41,182 bases of DNA, taken from Candidatus Nomurabacteria bacterium. Its GTDB lineage: Bacteria; Patescibacteriota; Minisyncoccia; Phycocordibacterales; UBA9973. A program made the position numbers and the translations under genes. Shown here in pieces: positions 16,900-25,211 of this stretch. The notes under the pieces are model-generated. The model was not told where the DNA came from and searched no databases. It saw nothing but the letters and a program-made list of their open reading frames with translations. Location of the stretch: the NCBI GenBank assembly GCA_023267115.1, contig JAHFNV010000003.1, positions 1 through 41,182 on the forward strand, read 5' to 3'. Every line of letters begins with the position of its first letter. Position 1 is the first letter of the stretch.

Positions 16900-17205
16900 T
16901 CTAAATATATTAACAAGAAAAGCAAAAAAATGAAAATAAATTTTTAGAAAACTCGCAAGGACAGTCCTTTAGAGTTAACGTTTTACGAAAAATCTTAACA
17001 AAAAGAAGATTAACCCGAAAACTAAAAGATCAATAGAAAATAAAGAAAGAAATCAATTCAATGGGGGCTCCTGCGTCAGAACAGTGAACTCGCCAATCAC
17101 ACTCACTTAAGAAAGGCAGGTATGGAATATATGTAAAAAATACTAAGAAAAATAATAGACCTAATGCAAGAATTTTTACAACCCTCATGAGTCAATTATA
17201 CCATA

Positions 17206-19368
17206 CTATTTTCTCGTTGCCATTATAGTCTCTGCAATATTTTGTGGAACTATATCGTAACGTACGAATTCCATTGTAAAAGAAGCGCGGCCTTCGGTCA
17301 TAGAGCGCAGGCCGGTCATGTAGCCGAACATTTCAGAGAGTGGCACAATAGCGCGGACAACTTTACTCATCCCCCGGTCTTCCATACCTTCAATAATACC
17401 CCGCTTGGCAGAAAGATTGCCGGTCACATCGCCCATAAATTTATCCGGGGTAACCACTTCCACTTTCATCATCGGCTCTAGGATTACCGGATTTGCTCGA
17501 CGGCACGCATCTTGCACCGCCATTGAAGCGGCAATTTTGAAAGCCATTTCATTTGAGTCAACCTCGTGGTAACTTCCATCCCAAAGATCTACTGAAACAT
17601 TTACTATTTTGAAACCAGCCAAAATACCACGGTCCAGTCCTTCTCTAAATCCTTTTTCACAAGGGATAATATATTCCTGCGGGATAACTCCTCCTTTAAT
17701 ATTGTTTACAAATTCAAAACCTGAGGACCGTTTGGTATTTTTCGGCAAGTCTTCCAGCTCTTCTTTGGTTAGCGCCACCATCGGTTTAACTTTAATCTTC
17801 ACATGTCCGTAGTTTCCTCGTCCACCAGACTGCTTGATATACTTTCCTTCAGCTTCGGAGACGCCAGTAATCGTCTCACGATAAGCTACCTGTGGCTTAC
17901 CAACATTTGCTTCTACGGTAAATTCTCTCTTCATTCGATCTACAATAATTTCCAAATGGAGTTCTCCCATACCAGCGATAATGGTCTCGCCTGTTTCTTG
18001 ATCGGTAGTCACCCGAAAAGTAGGATCTTCTTGGGAAAGACGATTGAGGGCCATACCCATTTTTTCCTGGTCGGCCTTGGTCTTCGGTTCAATACGCAAA
18101 CTAATAACCGGCTCCGGGAAAACAATGCGATCTAATTCTATAGGATTATTTTCGTCGCAAATGGTGTCCGAGGTAATCGTATCTTTCAAACCCACCGCCG
18201 CGGCTATTTCTCCGGCAAAAACTTTTTTCACCTCTTCGCGGTCGTTGGCGTGCATTCGCAAAATTCGCCCGATCCGTTCTTTGTTGCGAGTGCGTGGATT
18301 ATAAACATAACTGCCAGCCGAAAGACTCCCAGAATAAACCCGGAAGAAAATAAGCTGGCCGACAAAAGGATCGCTAGCTACCTTGAAGGCTAACGCCGAA
18401 AAAGGCTCTGAGTCAGAAGCGCGACGGACCATTGGCTCTTCATTGTCAGGATTGATTCCTGGAATAGGCGGGATATCGGTTGGAGCCGGCAAATAATCAA
18501 TCACCGCATCCAGCACCAGTTGCACTCCTTTATTCTTTAAAGCCGAACCAGCGAATACCGGAAAAATATTATTAGCAATGACCGCTTTGCGCAACACTTT
18601 TTTTAAGGTCTCGAAAGTGGGAACCAGGCCATCCAAGTATTCAGTCATCAAAGCATCATCCGTCTCCACTATCTTTTCAATCAGCTCGTTGTGATAGCCT
18701 AAGGCTTCAGCTTGAAGATTTTCGGGAATTTCTTTTTCTACGATTAAATTACCCATCTCTCCTTCAAAGTAATAAGCCTTCATCCGTAGCAAATCAATCA
18801 CCCCCTCAAATTTTTCTTCCAGACCGATGGGAATTTGCATGCGTACTGCATTTTTATTTAATCTGTCTAAAATAGTTACGTAAGAGTGTTCAAAAGAAGC
18901 GCCGGTGCGGTCCAATTTGTTTATAAAACAAATGCGTGGCACCTTGGCTTCGTCGGCGTAACGCCAGTTGGTTTCAGACTGCGGCTCCACTCCGGCCACT
19001 CCATCAAAAACAACCACCGCGCCGTCCAGCACTCGCAACGAACGTTTTACTTCTACCGTAAAATCAATATGTCCGGGAGTATCAATAATGTTGAAACGAT
19101 GTTTAAATTCATTGGTCGGCCTGCCCTCCGTAGCCTTGGCGTAGGAGGGGGTCCAAAAACAAGTAACCGCCGCCGAAGTAATAGTAATGCCACGCTCCCG
19201 CTCCTGTTCCATCCAGTCTGTGACTGTGTCCCCTTCGTGCACCTCGCCGATTTTATGCGACACGCCAGTATAAAAAAGCACCCGCTCGGTGGTGGTCGTC
19301 TTGCCGGCATCAATGTGCGCGATAATGCCAAAATTGCGAACTTTTTCTAAAGGGTAATCGCGTTCCAT
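17206..19368 (-). CDS. fusA: Elongation factor G
   Basis: [29 protein letters not shown], 720 aa. Confidence 0.98.
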   Translation of the reverse strand: MERDYPLEKVRNFGIIAHIDAGKTTTTERVLFYTGVSHKIGEVHEGDTVTDWMEQERERGITITSAAVTCFWTPSYAKATEGRPTNEFKHRFNIIDTPGHIDFTVEVKRSLRVLDGAVVVFDGVAGVEPQSETNWRYADEAKVPRICFINKLDRTGASFEHSYVTILDRLNKNAVRMQIPIGLEEKFEGVIDLLRMKAYYFEGEMGNLIVEKEIPENLQAEALGYHNELIEKIVETDDALMTEYLDGLVPTFETLKKVLRKAVIANNIFPVFAGSALKNKGVQLVLDAVIDYLPAPTDIPPIPGINPDNEEPMVRRASDSEPFSALAFKVASDPFVGQLIFFRVYSGSLSAGSYVYNPRTRNKERIGRILRMHANDREEVKKVFAGEIAAAVGLKDTITSDTICDENNPIELDRIVFPEPVISLRIEPKTKADQEKMGMALNRLSQEDPTFRVTTDQETGETIIAGMGELHLEIIVDRMKREFTVEANVGKPQVAYRETITGVSEAEGKYIKQSGGRGNYGHVKIKVKPMVALTKEELEDLPKNTKRSSGFEFVNNIKGGVIPQEYIIPCEKGFREGLDRGILAGFKIVNVSVDLWDGSYHEVDSNEMAFKIAASMAVQDACRRANPVILEPMMKVEVVTPDKFMGDVTGNLSAKRGIIEGMEDRGMSKVVRAIVPLSEMFGYMTGLRSMTEGRASFTMEFVRYDIVPQNIAETIMATRK

Positions 19369-19425
19369 AAAAAAAGCGCCGAATGCGCTATGGATAATAT
19401 ATCTTATAAAGCCTTTTTTTGCAAA

Positions 19426-19647
19426 TTACAAATTATTAAATTCTTCAACAGAAAGTTGAGCCTGTTTTACCACAATGTTATAAAGGGTACCAACTGGAAT
19501 ATCTTTTGAGCCATGAACTTGCACAGTTACAATTTTGTTTTCGTATGCGAGATATAAATGACTGCCTCTTTGGTGTGTTTCGACAAAACCTGCCTTTTTT
19601 AATTTCTGAATAACTTTTCTAGCTGGTAGTCGACTCAATTTACCCAT
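19426..19647 (-). CDS. hicA: HicA-family toxin
   Basis: KVIQKLKKAGFVETHQRGSHLYLAYE..VTVQVHGSKDIPVGTLYNIVKQA. Confidence 0.75.
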   Translation of the reverse strand: MGKLSRLPARKVIQKLKKAGFVETHQRGSHLYLAYENKIVTVQVHGSKDIPVGTLYNIVVKQAQLSVEEFNNL

Positions 19648-19650
19648 AAC

Positions 19651-19899
19651 TTAAGCATACTTAGGAAACAATAATTTAATGTAAGTGCCATCAGTGTGAA
19701 ATGCTGATTTTGGAATTTCTTTTTGTTGTTTATGTAAAACTTCAAAATAACCCAAGGCGGCTTCCCGTATATTAGATTCAGCCTCGGCAAAAGTATCGCC
19801 AAAAGAAGATAAATGATTTAGTTCGGGAATAGTAGCGATTACTTGCCCAGAATCCTTATCATTCTCATATTCGATTTTGTATGAAAATTCGTTGCTCAT
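19651..19899 (-). CDS. hicB: HicB-like antitoxin
   Basis: 82 aa: ..YENDKDSGQVIATIPELNHLSSFGDTFAEAESNIREAALGYFE. It lies immediately upstream of hicA. Confidence 0.6.
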   Translation of the reverse strand: MSNEFSYKIEYENDKDSGQVIATIPELNHLSSFGDTFAEAESNIREAALGYFEVLHKQQKEIPKSAFHTDGTYIKLLFPKYA

Positions 19900-19905
19900 A
19901 TTCTT

Positions 19906-19937
19906 AACTATACACTAAAAATCTTTTGATTGCAATA
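19906..19937 (-). promoter_or_regulatory. Conserved TA-cassette promoter block, copy A (leaderless geometry)
   Basis: On the minus strand: TTGCAA-17-TATAGT, then 7 nt, then the hicB ATG. 30 of 32 positions are identical to 20632-20663. Confidence 0.55.
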
Positions 19938-19979
19938 TCCTTATATATATATATGTTAAAAAAAGTAAAGGAGAAGCAC

Positions 19980-20084
19980 ATGAAAAAATTAAAGAACATT
20001 GCCTCAGTGGCAATGTTCGTGTTACTGAGTTTTTGGCTTTTCGGTTGTTTCCCCCACCTGGGGAAATACAAACCGAACCCATAA
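19980..20084 (+). CDS. Small putative lipoprotein/peptide (34 aa)
   Basis: AAAGGAG lies 7 nt upstream of the ATG. Translation: MKKLKNIASVAMFVLLSFWLFGCFPHLGKYKPNP, a signal peptide with lipobox L-F-G-C. It is followed by a 10-bp hairpin at 20096-20123. Not in the ORF track because it is too short. Confidence 0.45.
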   Translation: MKKLKNIASVAMFVLLSFWLFGCFPHLGKYKPNP

Positions 20085-20095
20085 AAGGCCTGGGG

Positions 20096-20123
20096 CTAAC
20101 AAAGGTTGCCGGGCCTTTGTTAG
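20096..20123. terminator. Symmetric hairpin, possible bidirectional terminator
   Basis: ctaacaaagg - ttgccggg - cctttgttag. Confidence 0.4.
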
Positions 20124-20131
20124 TTATGGAG

Positions 20132-20165
20132 CTACCAAGCAAAGTGCGCGAAGGCTTTGTTGGCT
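20132..20165. repeat. 34-bp perfect direct repeat, distal copy (duplicate of the rpsG 3' end including its stop)
   Basis: ctaccaagcaaagtgcgcgaaggctttgttggct is identical to 21320-21353. Confidence 0.95.
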
Positions 20166-20175
20166 GTGGGAAAAT

Positions 20176-20427
20176 TTATTTATAAATATCTTTTCTGTGT
20201 TTAATCTTTAGAACGAAAATTTGATTTTCAATCACGTCGAATTTTATTCTGTAATCCCCTATTCTAAATCTAAAATCAGCATCCTTGTGGTCTGTTAATT
20301 TTTCAGCAAAGCGAAGCGGATTTTCCACTTCGGCATAAAATCGCATTTTTTGAGCTACTCGCCTTTGGGTATCTCTGGGCAGGGATTGCAAATCAATTAT
20401 CGCGCTTTTGGTGTAATTGATCTGCAT
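20176..20427 (-). CDS. RelE/ParE-family toxin
   Basis: ...DFRFRIGDYRIKFDVIENQIFVLKIKHRKDIYK is the typical RelE/ParE C-terminus. Confidence 0.75.
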   Translation of the reverse strand: MQINYTKSAIIDLQSLPRDTQRRVAQKMRFYAEVENPLRFAEKLTDHKDADFRFRIGDYRIKFDVIENQIFVLKIKHRKDIYK

Positions 20428-20433
20428 AAACTT

Positions 20434-20625
20434 CTATAATCCGAGTTTCTTAAAAAGAAGGCTTTGCGATAGATATTTCTTTTGTTTTATTTCTTTTCGA
20501 GCTTGTTCTATTTCTTTCAGGTGCAAGAAGGAACCAAAAAGACGCTCAAAAGACTGCTCAATCTTTTTGAGATAACTGTACTCCTCCGCTGGAATTGCTA
20601 TTGTATTTTTCGTTTGAGTGGACAT
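20434..20625 (-). CDS. Putative cognate antitoxin (63 aa, family unclear)
   Basis: Small helical ORF 6 nt upstream of the RelE/ParE gene. Confidence 0.5.
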   Translation of the reverse strand: MSTQTKNTIAIPAEEYSYLKKIEQSFERLFGSFLHLKEIEQARKEIKQKKYLSQSLLFKKLGL

Positions 20626-20631
20626 AGAGTC

Positions 20632-20663
20632 AACTATATACTAAAAAGCTTTTGATTGCAATA
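20632..20663 (-). promoter_or_regulatory. Conserved TA-cassette promoter block, copy B
   Basis: On the minus strand: TTGCAA-17-TATAGT, then 7 nt, then the antitoxin ATG. Confidence 0.55.
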
Positions 20664-20678
20664 AGATATTGATGACAG

Positions 20679-21146
20679 TTATCCTATTATTTTATTTAAA
20701 TCTGTCTCCCATTTGAAATCTTTTGCCTCCTTAATCCGTGTTTCTATCGCCCTACTTATGTCTTCATCTTCATATTCTTGATCCATTGCCTTAGGATGCC
20801 ACTTGTCATAAAGTTTCCTTGCTTGTTCGCTTGTAATCTTTTTACCATCCACGCTACCGTAAAGTTTTACACTGGGATCAATATTATCACCAACATCAAC
20901 GAACTGTTGGGTACTAATACCCATCCAGATTTTAATTTCATGTCCATATAAACGTCCCGCCAAAACTTCACCCGAAAAACTAGCGGGCCCACCTCTTAAA
21001 TAATAAAGGTGGTCTCCTTCTACATTTGTTCCAAGATTATTTATATGTTCTTCTCTTTTTGTAGATAATGCTGATTGATGGGAATCCATCATCGCCTCAG
21101 CTTCTTTTTCTTGTTTGGATGTTATTTTGAATTCTTCCATTGGCAT
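20679..21146 (-). CDS. Hypothetical protein (155 aa)
   Basis: Clean ORF preceded on the minus strand by TTGACA-16-TACACT. No motif recognised. Confidence 0.5.
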   Translation of the reverse strand: MPMEEFKITSKQEKEAEAMMDSHQSALSTKREEHINNLGTNVEGDHLYYLRGGPASFSGEVLAGRLYGHEIKIWMGISTQQFVDVGDNIDPSVKLYGSVDGKKITSEQARKLYDKWHPKAMDQEYEDEDISRAIETRIKEAKDFKWETDLNKIIG

Positions 21147-21319
21147 AAAATTTTATTGAATTTAAATAATATGGGATAATACCCATAAGTGTACCCCCCC
21201 CGATGCGATATGTCAAGCAAAAAATTCCCCTCTTGAGGGGTGGCTTTTGTAATCAAAAGACGGGGTGGATAAATTCTGTCCACCTCCCCCACTTCGTGGG
21301 TACTCCTCAAGAGGAGAAT

Positions 21320-21353
21320 CTACCAAGCAAAGTGCGCGAAGGCTTTGTTGGCT
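21320..21353. repeat. 34-bp perfect direct repeat, proximal copy (the functional 3' end of rpsG)
   Basis: Identical to 20132-20165. It encodes ..ANKAFAHFAW*. Confidence 0.95.
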
Positions 21354-21790
21354 TCGGCCATTTTGTGAGTGTCTTCTTTCTTTTTAATGGCCGAGCCTTC
21401 GTTTCGTGAAGCGGCGATTATTTCGTCAGCTAGTTTAATATGCATCGGCTTGCCTTTGCCGCCCCGAGCGGCATCGCGAATCCAGCGCATGGCCAAAGCC
21501 AATCTTCGTTCTGGACGCACTTCTTTGGGCACTTGATAGTTCGCGCCACCGATTCTCTTGGAACGAACTTCTGTTAACGGCCCAGCGTTTTTAACAGCCA
21601 AATTAAAAACCTCTAACGGATTTGGGTTGCCAGTTTTTTCTTTGACTAAGTTAAGCATTTGATAAACCACTTTTCTTCCGGTTTCTTTTTTGCCGGACCA
21701 CATTACATAATTAATAAACTTTTCCAATTTTTGGGAATTATAAACGAAATCCGGTTTAACTATATTTTTATTTTTAATTTTGCGTCTCAT
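21320..21790 (-). CDS. rpsG: 30S ribosomal protein S7
   Basis: KRIGGANYQVPKEVRPERR.ALAMRWI. Confidence 0.96.
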   Translation of the reverse strand: MRRKIKNKNIVKPDFVYNSQKLEKFINYVMWSGKKETGRKVVYQMLNLVKEKTGNPNPLEVFNLAVKNAGPLTEVRSKRIGGANYQVPKEVRPERRLALAMRWIRDAARGGKGKPMHIKLADEIIAASRNEGSAIKKKEDTHKMAEANKAFAHFAW

Positions 21791-21801
21791 TTTTATTCTA
21801 A

Positions 21802-22224
21802 TTATTTTTTAGCTTCTTTGGGTCTCTTATTTCCATAAAGAGATCTACCCTGGCGCCTTTTCTCTACTCCTTGAGTATCCAAAACTCCGCGGACAATATG
21901 ATATCTTACTCCAATTAAATCTTTTACCCGTCCTCCGCGAAGCATTACTACCGAATGTTCCTGCAAGTTATGACCTTCACCGGGAATATAAGCTGTCACT
22001 TCCATGCCATTAGTTAAACGAACTCTGGCAATCTTGCGGAGAGCCGAGTTTGGCTTTTTAGGAGTAATGGTAGTAACCTTAATACAAACGCCTCTCTTAA
22101 AAGGTGCCGGGGAAAAAATCGGGCGGTTTTTCAAAACATTGAAACCGCGCGCCAGCGCAACCGTTTTTGATTTTCGGCGCATTTTAACTCTATTTTTTTT
22201 AATTAATTGGTTAATGGTTGGCAT
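21802..22224 (-). CDS. rpsL: 30S ribosomal protein S12
   Basis: [10 protein letters not shown]...[35 protein letters not shown]. Confidence 0.97.
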   Translation of the reverse strand: MPTINQLIKKNRVKMRRKSKTVALARGFNVLKNRPIFSPAPFKRGVCIKVTTITPKKPNSALRKIARVRLTNGMEVTAYIPGEGHNLQEHSVVMLRGGRVKDLIGVRYHIVRGVLDTQGVEKRRQGRSLYGNKRPKEAKK

Positions 22225-22276
22225 GATAAACAAAATAGCCCCTCTGGACTATAAAATTACTATACTATTAAAAATA

Positions 22277-22915
22277 TCAAAACACAAGGCCGGTAATAAG
22301 ATGATAAGCAAAAGCTAATATTGGATGTAAGAAATCAGCGAAGAAAATGATAAAAATAATTAAGAGAAAAAGTGAATATTGCTCAAATAGCCTAACCACT
22401 CCGTCAAAATATCTTGGCAAAAGCGGAAAAATTATTTTAGAACCATCCAGTGGCGGGATGGGCACAAGATTAAATATGACCAAGGCTAAATTTACCATCA
22501 CGATTAAAGAAATTATAAAATAAAATGAGACAGACATCCTAAGACCGAAAGAGAAATATGTGAAAAAACGTAGAATGAATCCAAAAAATAAAGCCAAGCA
22601 AAAATTTGCTAGAACACCCGCTCCGGCCACAGCTATACTCCCCCATTTTTTATTGCTTAAGTTATTTGGATTGTATGGTACTGGCTTGGCCCAGCCAAAA
22701 AGGAAACCGGCTTTAGAGATGATCAGAAATGCAGGCAAAATTATTGAACCAAAAAGATCCAAGTGAGAAAGGGGGTTAAGAGTCAAACGTCCAGCGTAGC
22801 GGGCGGTTTTGTCGCCAAAATATTCGGCTACAAAGCCGTGCGACACTTCGTGAATCACCACCGACATTACTAGTATAACTATATAAAAAATTGCATCCAT
22901 AAGTTGTAAAGTCAT
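22277..22915 (-). CDS. Site-2 protease family (peptidase M50) membrane metalloprotease
   Basis: HEVSHG (HExxH) in a TM helix and NLVPIPPLDGSKI. Confidence 0.8.
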   Translation of the reverse strand: MTLQLMDAIFYIVILVMSVVIHEVSHGFVAEYFGDKTARYAGRLTLNPLSHLDLFGSIILPAFLIISKAGFLFGWAKPVPYNPNNLSNKKWGSIAVAGAGVLANFCLALFFGFILRFFTYFSFGLRMSVSFYFIISLIVMVNLALVIFNLVPIPPLDGSKIIFPLLPRYFDGVVRLFEQYSLFLLIIFIIFFADFLHPILAFAYHLITGLVF

Positions 22916-23083
22916 AAAGTTTTTAAAGTTATAAAGTTATGTGTATTTTTTTTTCTTTACACTTTACAACTTTTCACTTGATAAACTACTTGTTCCATGA
23001 TAGCATAAAAAAATTACTTGTCCCGTTAGAAAATCAGCGGACTTGTGCAAAAAAGAAGTTTATTATTTTAATTTTTTAATGGG

Positions 23084-23329
23084 ATGGCGAAAATATGCGT
23101 GATCACAAAAAAGAGTTCAGTGGTCGGTGGCGGATATTCAAACCGCACTCGCGCCACTAAATTCAACCCGACGGGCAAAGTGCGAAAATACACCAATCTT
23201 CAAAAAAAGAGGGTTTTTATTCCGGAACTCAATAAATCTGTCAAAATCGAAGTCTCCGCCCGCGGCCTCCGCACCATGAAAAAAAATGGAGTTTACACCA
23301 CTCTCCTTAAAGCGGGGCTAGTAAAATAA
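23084..23329 (+). CDS. rpmB: 50S ribosomal protein L28
   Basis: MAKICVITKKSSVVGGGYSNRTRATKF.PTGK... Confidence 0.85.
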   Translation: MAKICVITKKSSVVGGGYSNRTRATKFNPTGKVRKYTNLQKKRVFIPELNKSVKIEVSARGLRTMKKNGVYTTLLKAGLVK

Positions 23330-23362
23330 AAACCTTTGAACTAATTAGATTTATAAGTTAAA

Positions 23363-23695
23363 CTAAACAATTTTAAAACCTTCTTGCTCTGCAAGTTTAA
23401 CAAACTCGCTACTACTAGAATATTTTAAAAGAGCGACATTACCCGTCGCATCTACTCTGTAACGATTCATTCCTCCGGCGCCGTAAATAATATAACCAAG
23501 ATCTTTTTTCCCACTTTCCAACCAAGCTAAAGCGCCAGCAATATTATACTCGTCCCATCCTTGTTGTTGCCGGTTCCACGAATCTCCTTCAATTTTAACC
23601 AACGTAGCAATCGTCTCCTCTGGATGAGTTTTCAAGTTTCGAGGTGGATTTTCCTGTCCGCCTCTTAGATTTGGCATATCATTAAATTTATTCAT
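23363..23695 (-). CDS. Hypothetical protein (about 110 aa)
   Basis: The start was set at the internal ATG 23695, which lies 6 nt downstream of TATAAT (23707-23702). The longer tracked ORF would translate the promoter. Confidence 0.45.
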   Translation of the reverse strand: MNKFNDMPNLRGGQENPPRNLKTHPEETIATLVKIEGDSWNRQQQGWDEYNIAGALAWLESGKKDLGYIIYGAGGMNRYRVDATGNVALLKYSSSSEFVKLAEQEGFKIV

Positions 23696-23791
23696 AAGAT
23701 TATTATACTCTTTTAGAATTAAAAAGTAAGGTGGGAAGAGCGAACTCAATCCACTAGGTCTTGCCTAGTAGTTTCCTGGTGGTTTTAAGCT

Positions 23792-23832
23792 GGCACAAAA
23801 GTCAGAGCTGTTCCCTTTTTGCCGGAGCGGCC
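23792..23832. repeat. 41-bp perfect direct repeat, distal copy (duplicate of the DEAD-box helicase 3' end)
   Basis: ggcacaaaagtcagagctgttccctttttgccggagcggcc is identical to 25245-25285. In frame it reads RTGRSGKKGTALTFVPA* with its own stop. Confidence 0.95.
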
Positions 23833-23869
23833 AGTACGACTATTTTTTTTAATGTTCTTAATACGCACG

Positions 23870-23903
23870 GCCGTGTTTATAAAGAAATATATAAGAATAC
23901 TAA
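23870..23903. repeat. Palindrome-containing cassette-end motif, copy 1
   Basis: aatacgCACGGCCGTGtttataaagaaatatat. About 80% identical to 24497-24530. It lies just 3' of the gene 23920-24480. Confidence 0.6.
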
Positions 23904-23919
23904 GAACAAATAACGATAT

Positions 23920-24480
23920 TTACAAATTAAAATGCTTTTCTAGCCTATCTTTATTTGTGATATCTCTAACTAAAGCAAAATGCACATACTTCCCTATCCC
24001 TAAATAGTTAGCAATAAAATCAATCTCTTTCTGACACGGATATGGGTAAATCCACACGCTGTCATTAAATTTTACAAAATCCAGCTCTTTTATTTTTAAA
24101 CGAAATAAATCTCGTCTTCTTCTCTGTTTTTCAGGAATATCAAAAATCACCAGCCTAAAGTGTCTGTCCCAAATCTTAACTTTCCCTATTTCCAAATTTT
24201 CATAATCAAATCTTAAAAAGATCTTCCGCCCGTTTTCGGTCAGTACAAGTCTTTCCTCACTGCCAACCGTCTCAATAGAGATCAGCTTTTGTCGCCTTAA
24301 TTTTGAGAAGTATAATGATGTATTTGTTGGTTTCTTATTTAGTCCAAAAATTTCTTTTATTAGAGTTTTTGTAATTTTGTAACTTGTCCGTCTGTTCGCT
24401 AGGGCAACAGAAATACCAATCCCCATACCAAGAGCGCGGATAATTTTTCCTGAGTTTGATTCTTTATCTATTATGCGCAT
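23920..24480 (-). CDS. PaaX-like / Cas2-fold putative transcriptional regulator
   Basis: WDRHFRLVIFDIPEKQRRRRDLFRLKIKELDFVKFNDSVWIYPYP, the PaaX C-terminal/Cas2-like pattern, preceded by a wHTH-like segment. Confidence 0.55.
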   Translation of the reverse strand: MRIIDKESNSGKIIRALGMGIGISVALANRRTSYKITKTLIKEIFGLNKKPTNTSLYFSKLRRQKLISIETVGSEERLVLTENGRKIFLRFDYENLEIGKVKIWDRHFRLVIFDIPEKQRRRRDLFRLKIKELDFVKFNDSVWIYPYPCQKEIDFIANYLGIGKYVHFALVRDITNKDRLEKHFNL

Positions 24481-24496
24481 ATTTATATGCTATCAT

Positions 24497-24530
24497 AATA
24501 CACGCGGCCGTGTCTATAACGAACATATAT
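24497..24530. repeat. Palindrome-containing cassette-end motif, copy 2
   Basis: aatACACGcggcCGTGTctataacgaacatatat, just 3' of the gene 24531-25211. Confidence 0.6.
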
Positions 24531-25211
24531 TTATTTTTTTAGTCTCAAGCCGAAAACAAATTCATACATTGGCCCCGCTACAAAACCAAAAGTGAAAGCG
24601 AACAATAGTTCCTCGATTGGAATACCAAAAACGAAAATTCTAGAAATATTATCCAAGAGCCACCAGCTCTGGACTAAATTTGGGAAAATAAGAAGGATAA
24701 AAATCTCGAAAAATAAAGTTATTAAACCAAGTAAAAGTCCGCTATAAAAAGCATGTTTAAAAAGATCTTTGCGAATAATAATTGTTACGATTCCAGCGAA
24801 TAAAAAAGTGATCGACGAAATATATATTGAGTTAATATGCAAAACCGCAGTGCCAACAAAAACAGCAAACAACCCAAAAATTGTTAATGCAACTGCGAAG
24901 TACGGGTGGCCTTGCATATGTCTTTTTGAAAACCTTTTGCCAAAAAATTCTTCATAGATCACTCCGATAATGCCGCCAGTAGCAAACATATATAATAAAT
25001 CTTCGATTCCAAATACACCGAAACTAATAATGTAAGACGGATGCCAATAATCAGCCCCGAAAAAATATTGGGTTAAGCCAAATGGAGCGGCTAAAATAGA
25101 AACAATTATCATTTCCCTGCGTAAATCTTTTCGCGCAATAAAAAATATTGCCCAAATTAAGAGCAGAAACATATCAGCAACAATATATGCGTAATGCAGA
25201 TTATGAAACAT
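24531..25211 (-). CDS. Polytopic membrane protein, lycopene-cyclase-domain-like
   Basis: About 7 TM spans and two acidic motifs, FGIEDLLYMF and GIPIEELLFAF, that resemble the PxEE motifs of CrtYc/d domains. TGTATAAT lies 7 nt upstream of the ATG. Confidence 0.4.
   Translation of the reverse strand: MFHNLHYAYIVADMFLLLIWAIFFIARKDLRREMIIVSILAAPFGLTQYFFGADYWHPSYIISFGVFGIEDLLYMFATGGIIGVIYEEFFGKRFSKRHMQGHPYFAVALTIFGLFAVFVGTAVLHINSIYISSITFLFAGIVTIIIRKDLFKHAFYSGLLLGLITLFFEIFILLIFPNLVQSWWLLDNISRIFVFGIPIEELLFAFTFGFVAGPMYEFVFGLRLKK

Noticed and set aside
16900-17205. An ncRNA or degraded N-terminal PyrF coding sequence in the fusA-proximal 306 bp
   Set aside because: I could not recognise the DxK..D PyrF N-terminal motifs in any minus frame, nor any convincing promoter/terminator-bounded hairpin set. 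It is left as unassigned non-coding DNA.
19915-20142. ORF 19915-20142 (minus, 75 aa)
   Set aside because: It overlaps the plus-strand lipopeptide ORF, a hairpin and the duplicated rpsG end. It has no start context, and its composition is typical of an antisense read-through.
20166-21319. Calling the rpsG-linked island a prophage or an integrative conjugative element
   Set aside because: It is only 1.15 kb and carries three small genes, with no integrase, capsid or transfer functions in or near it.
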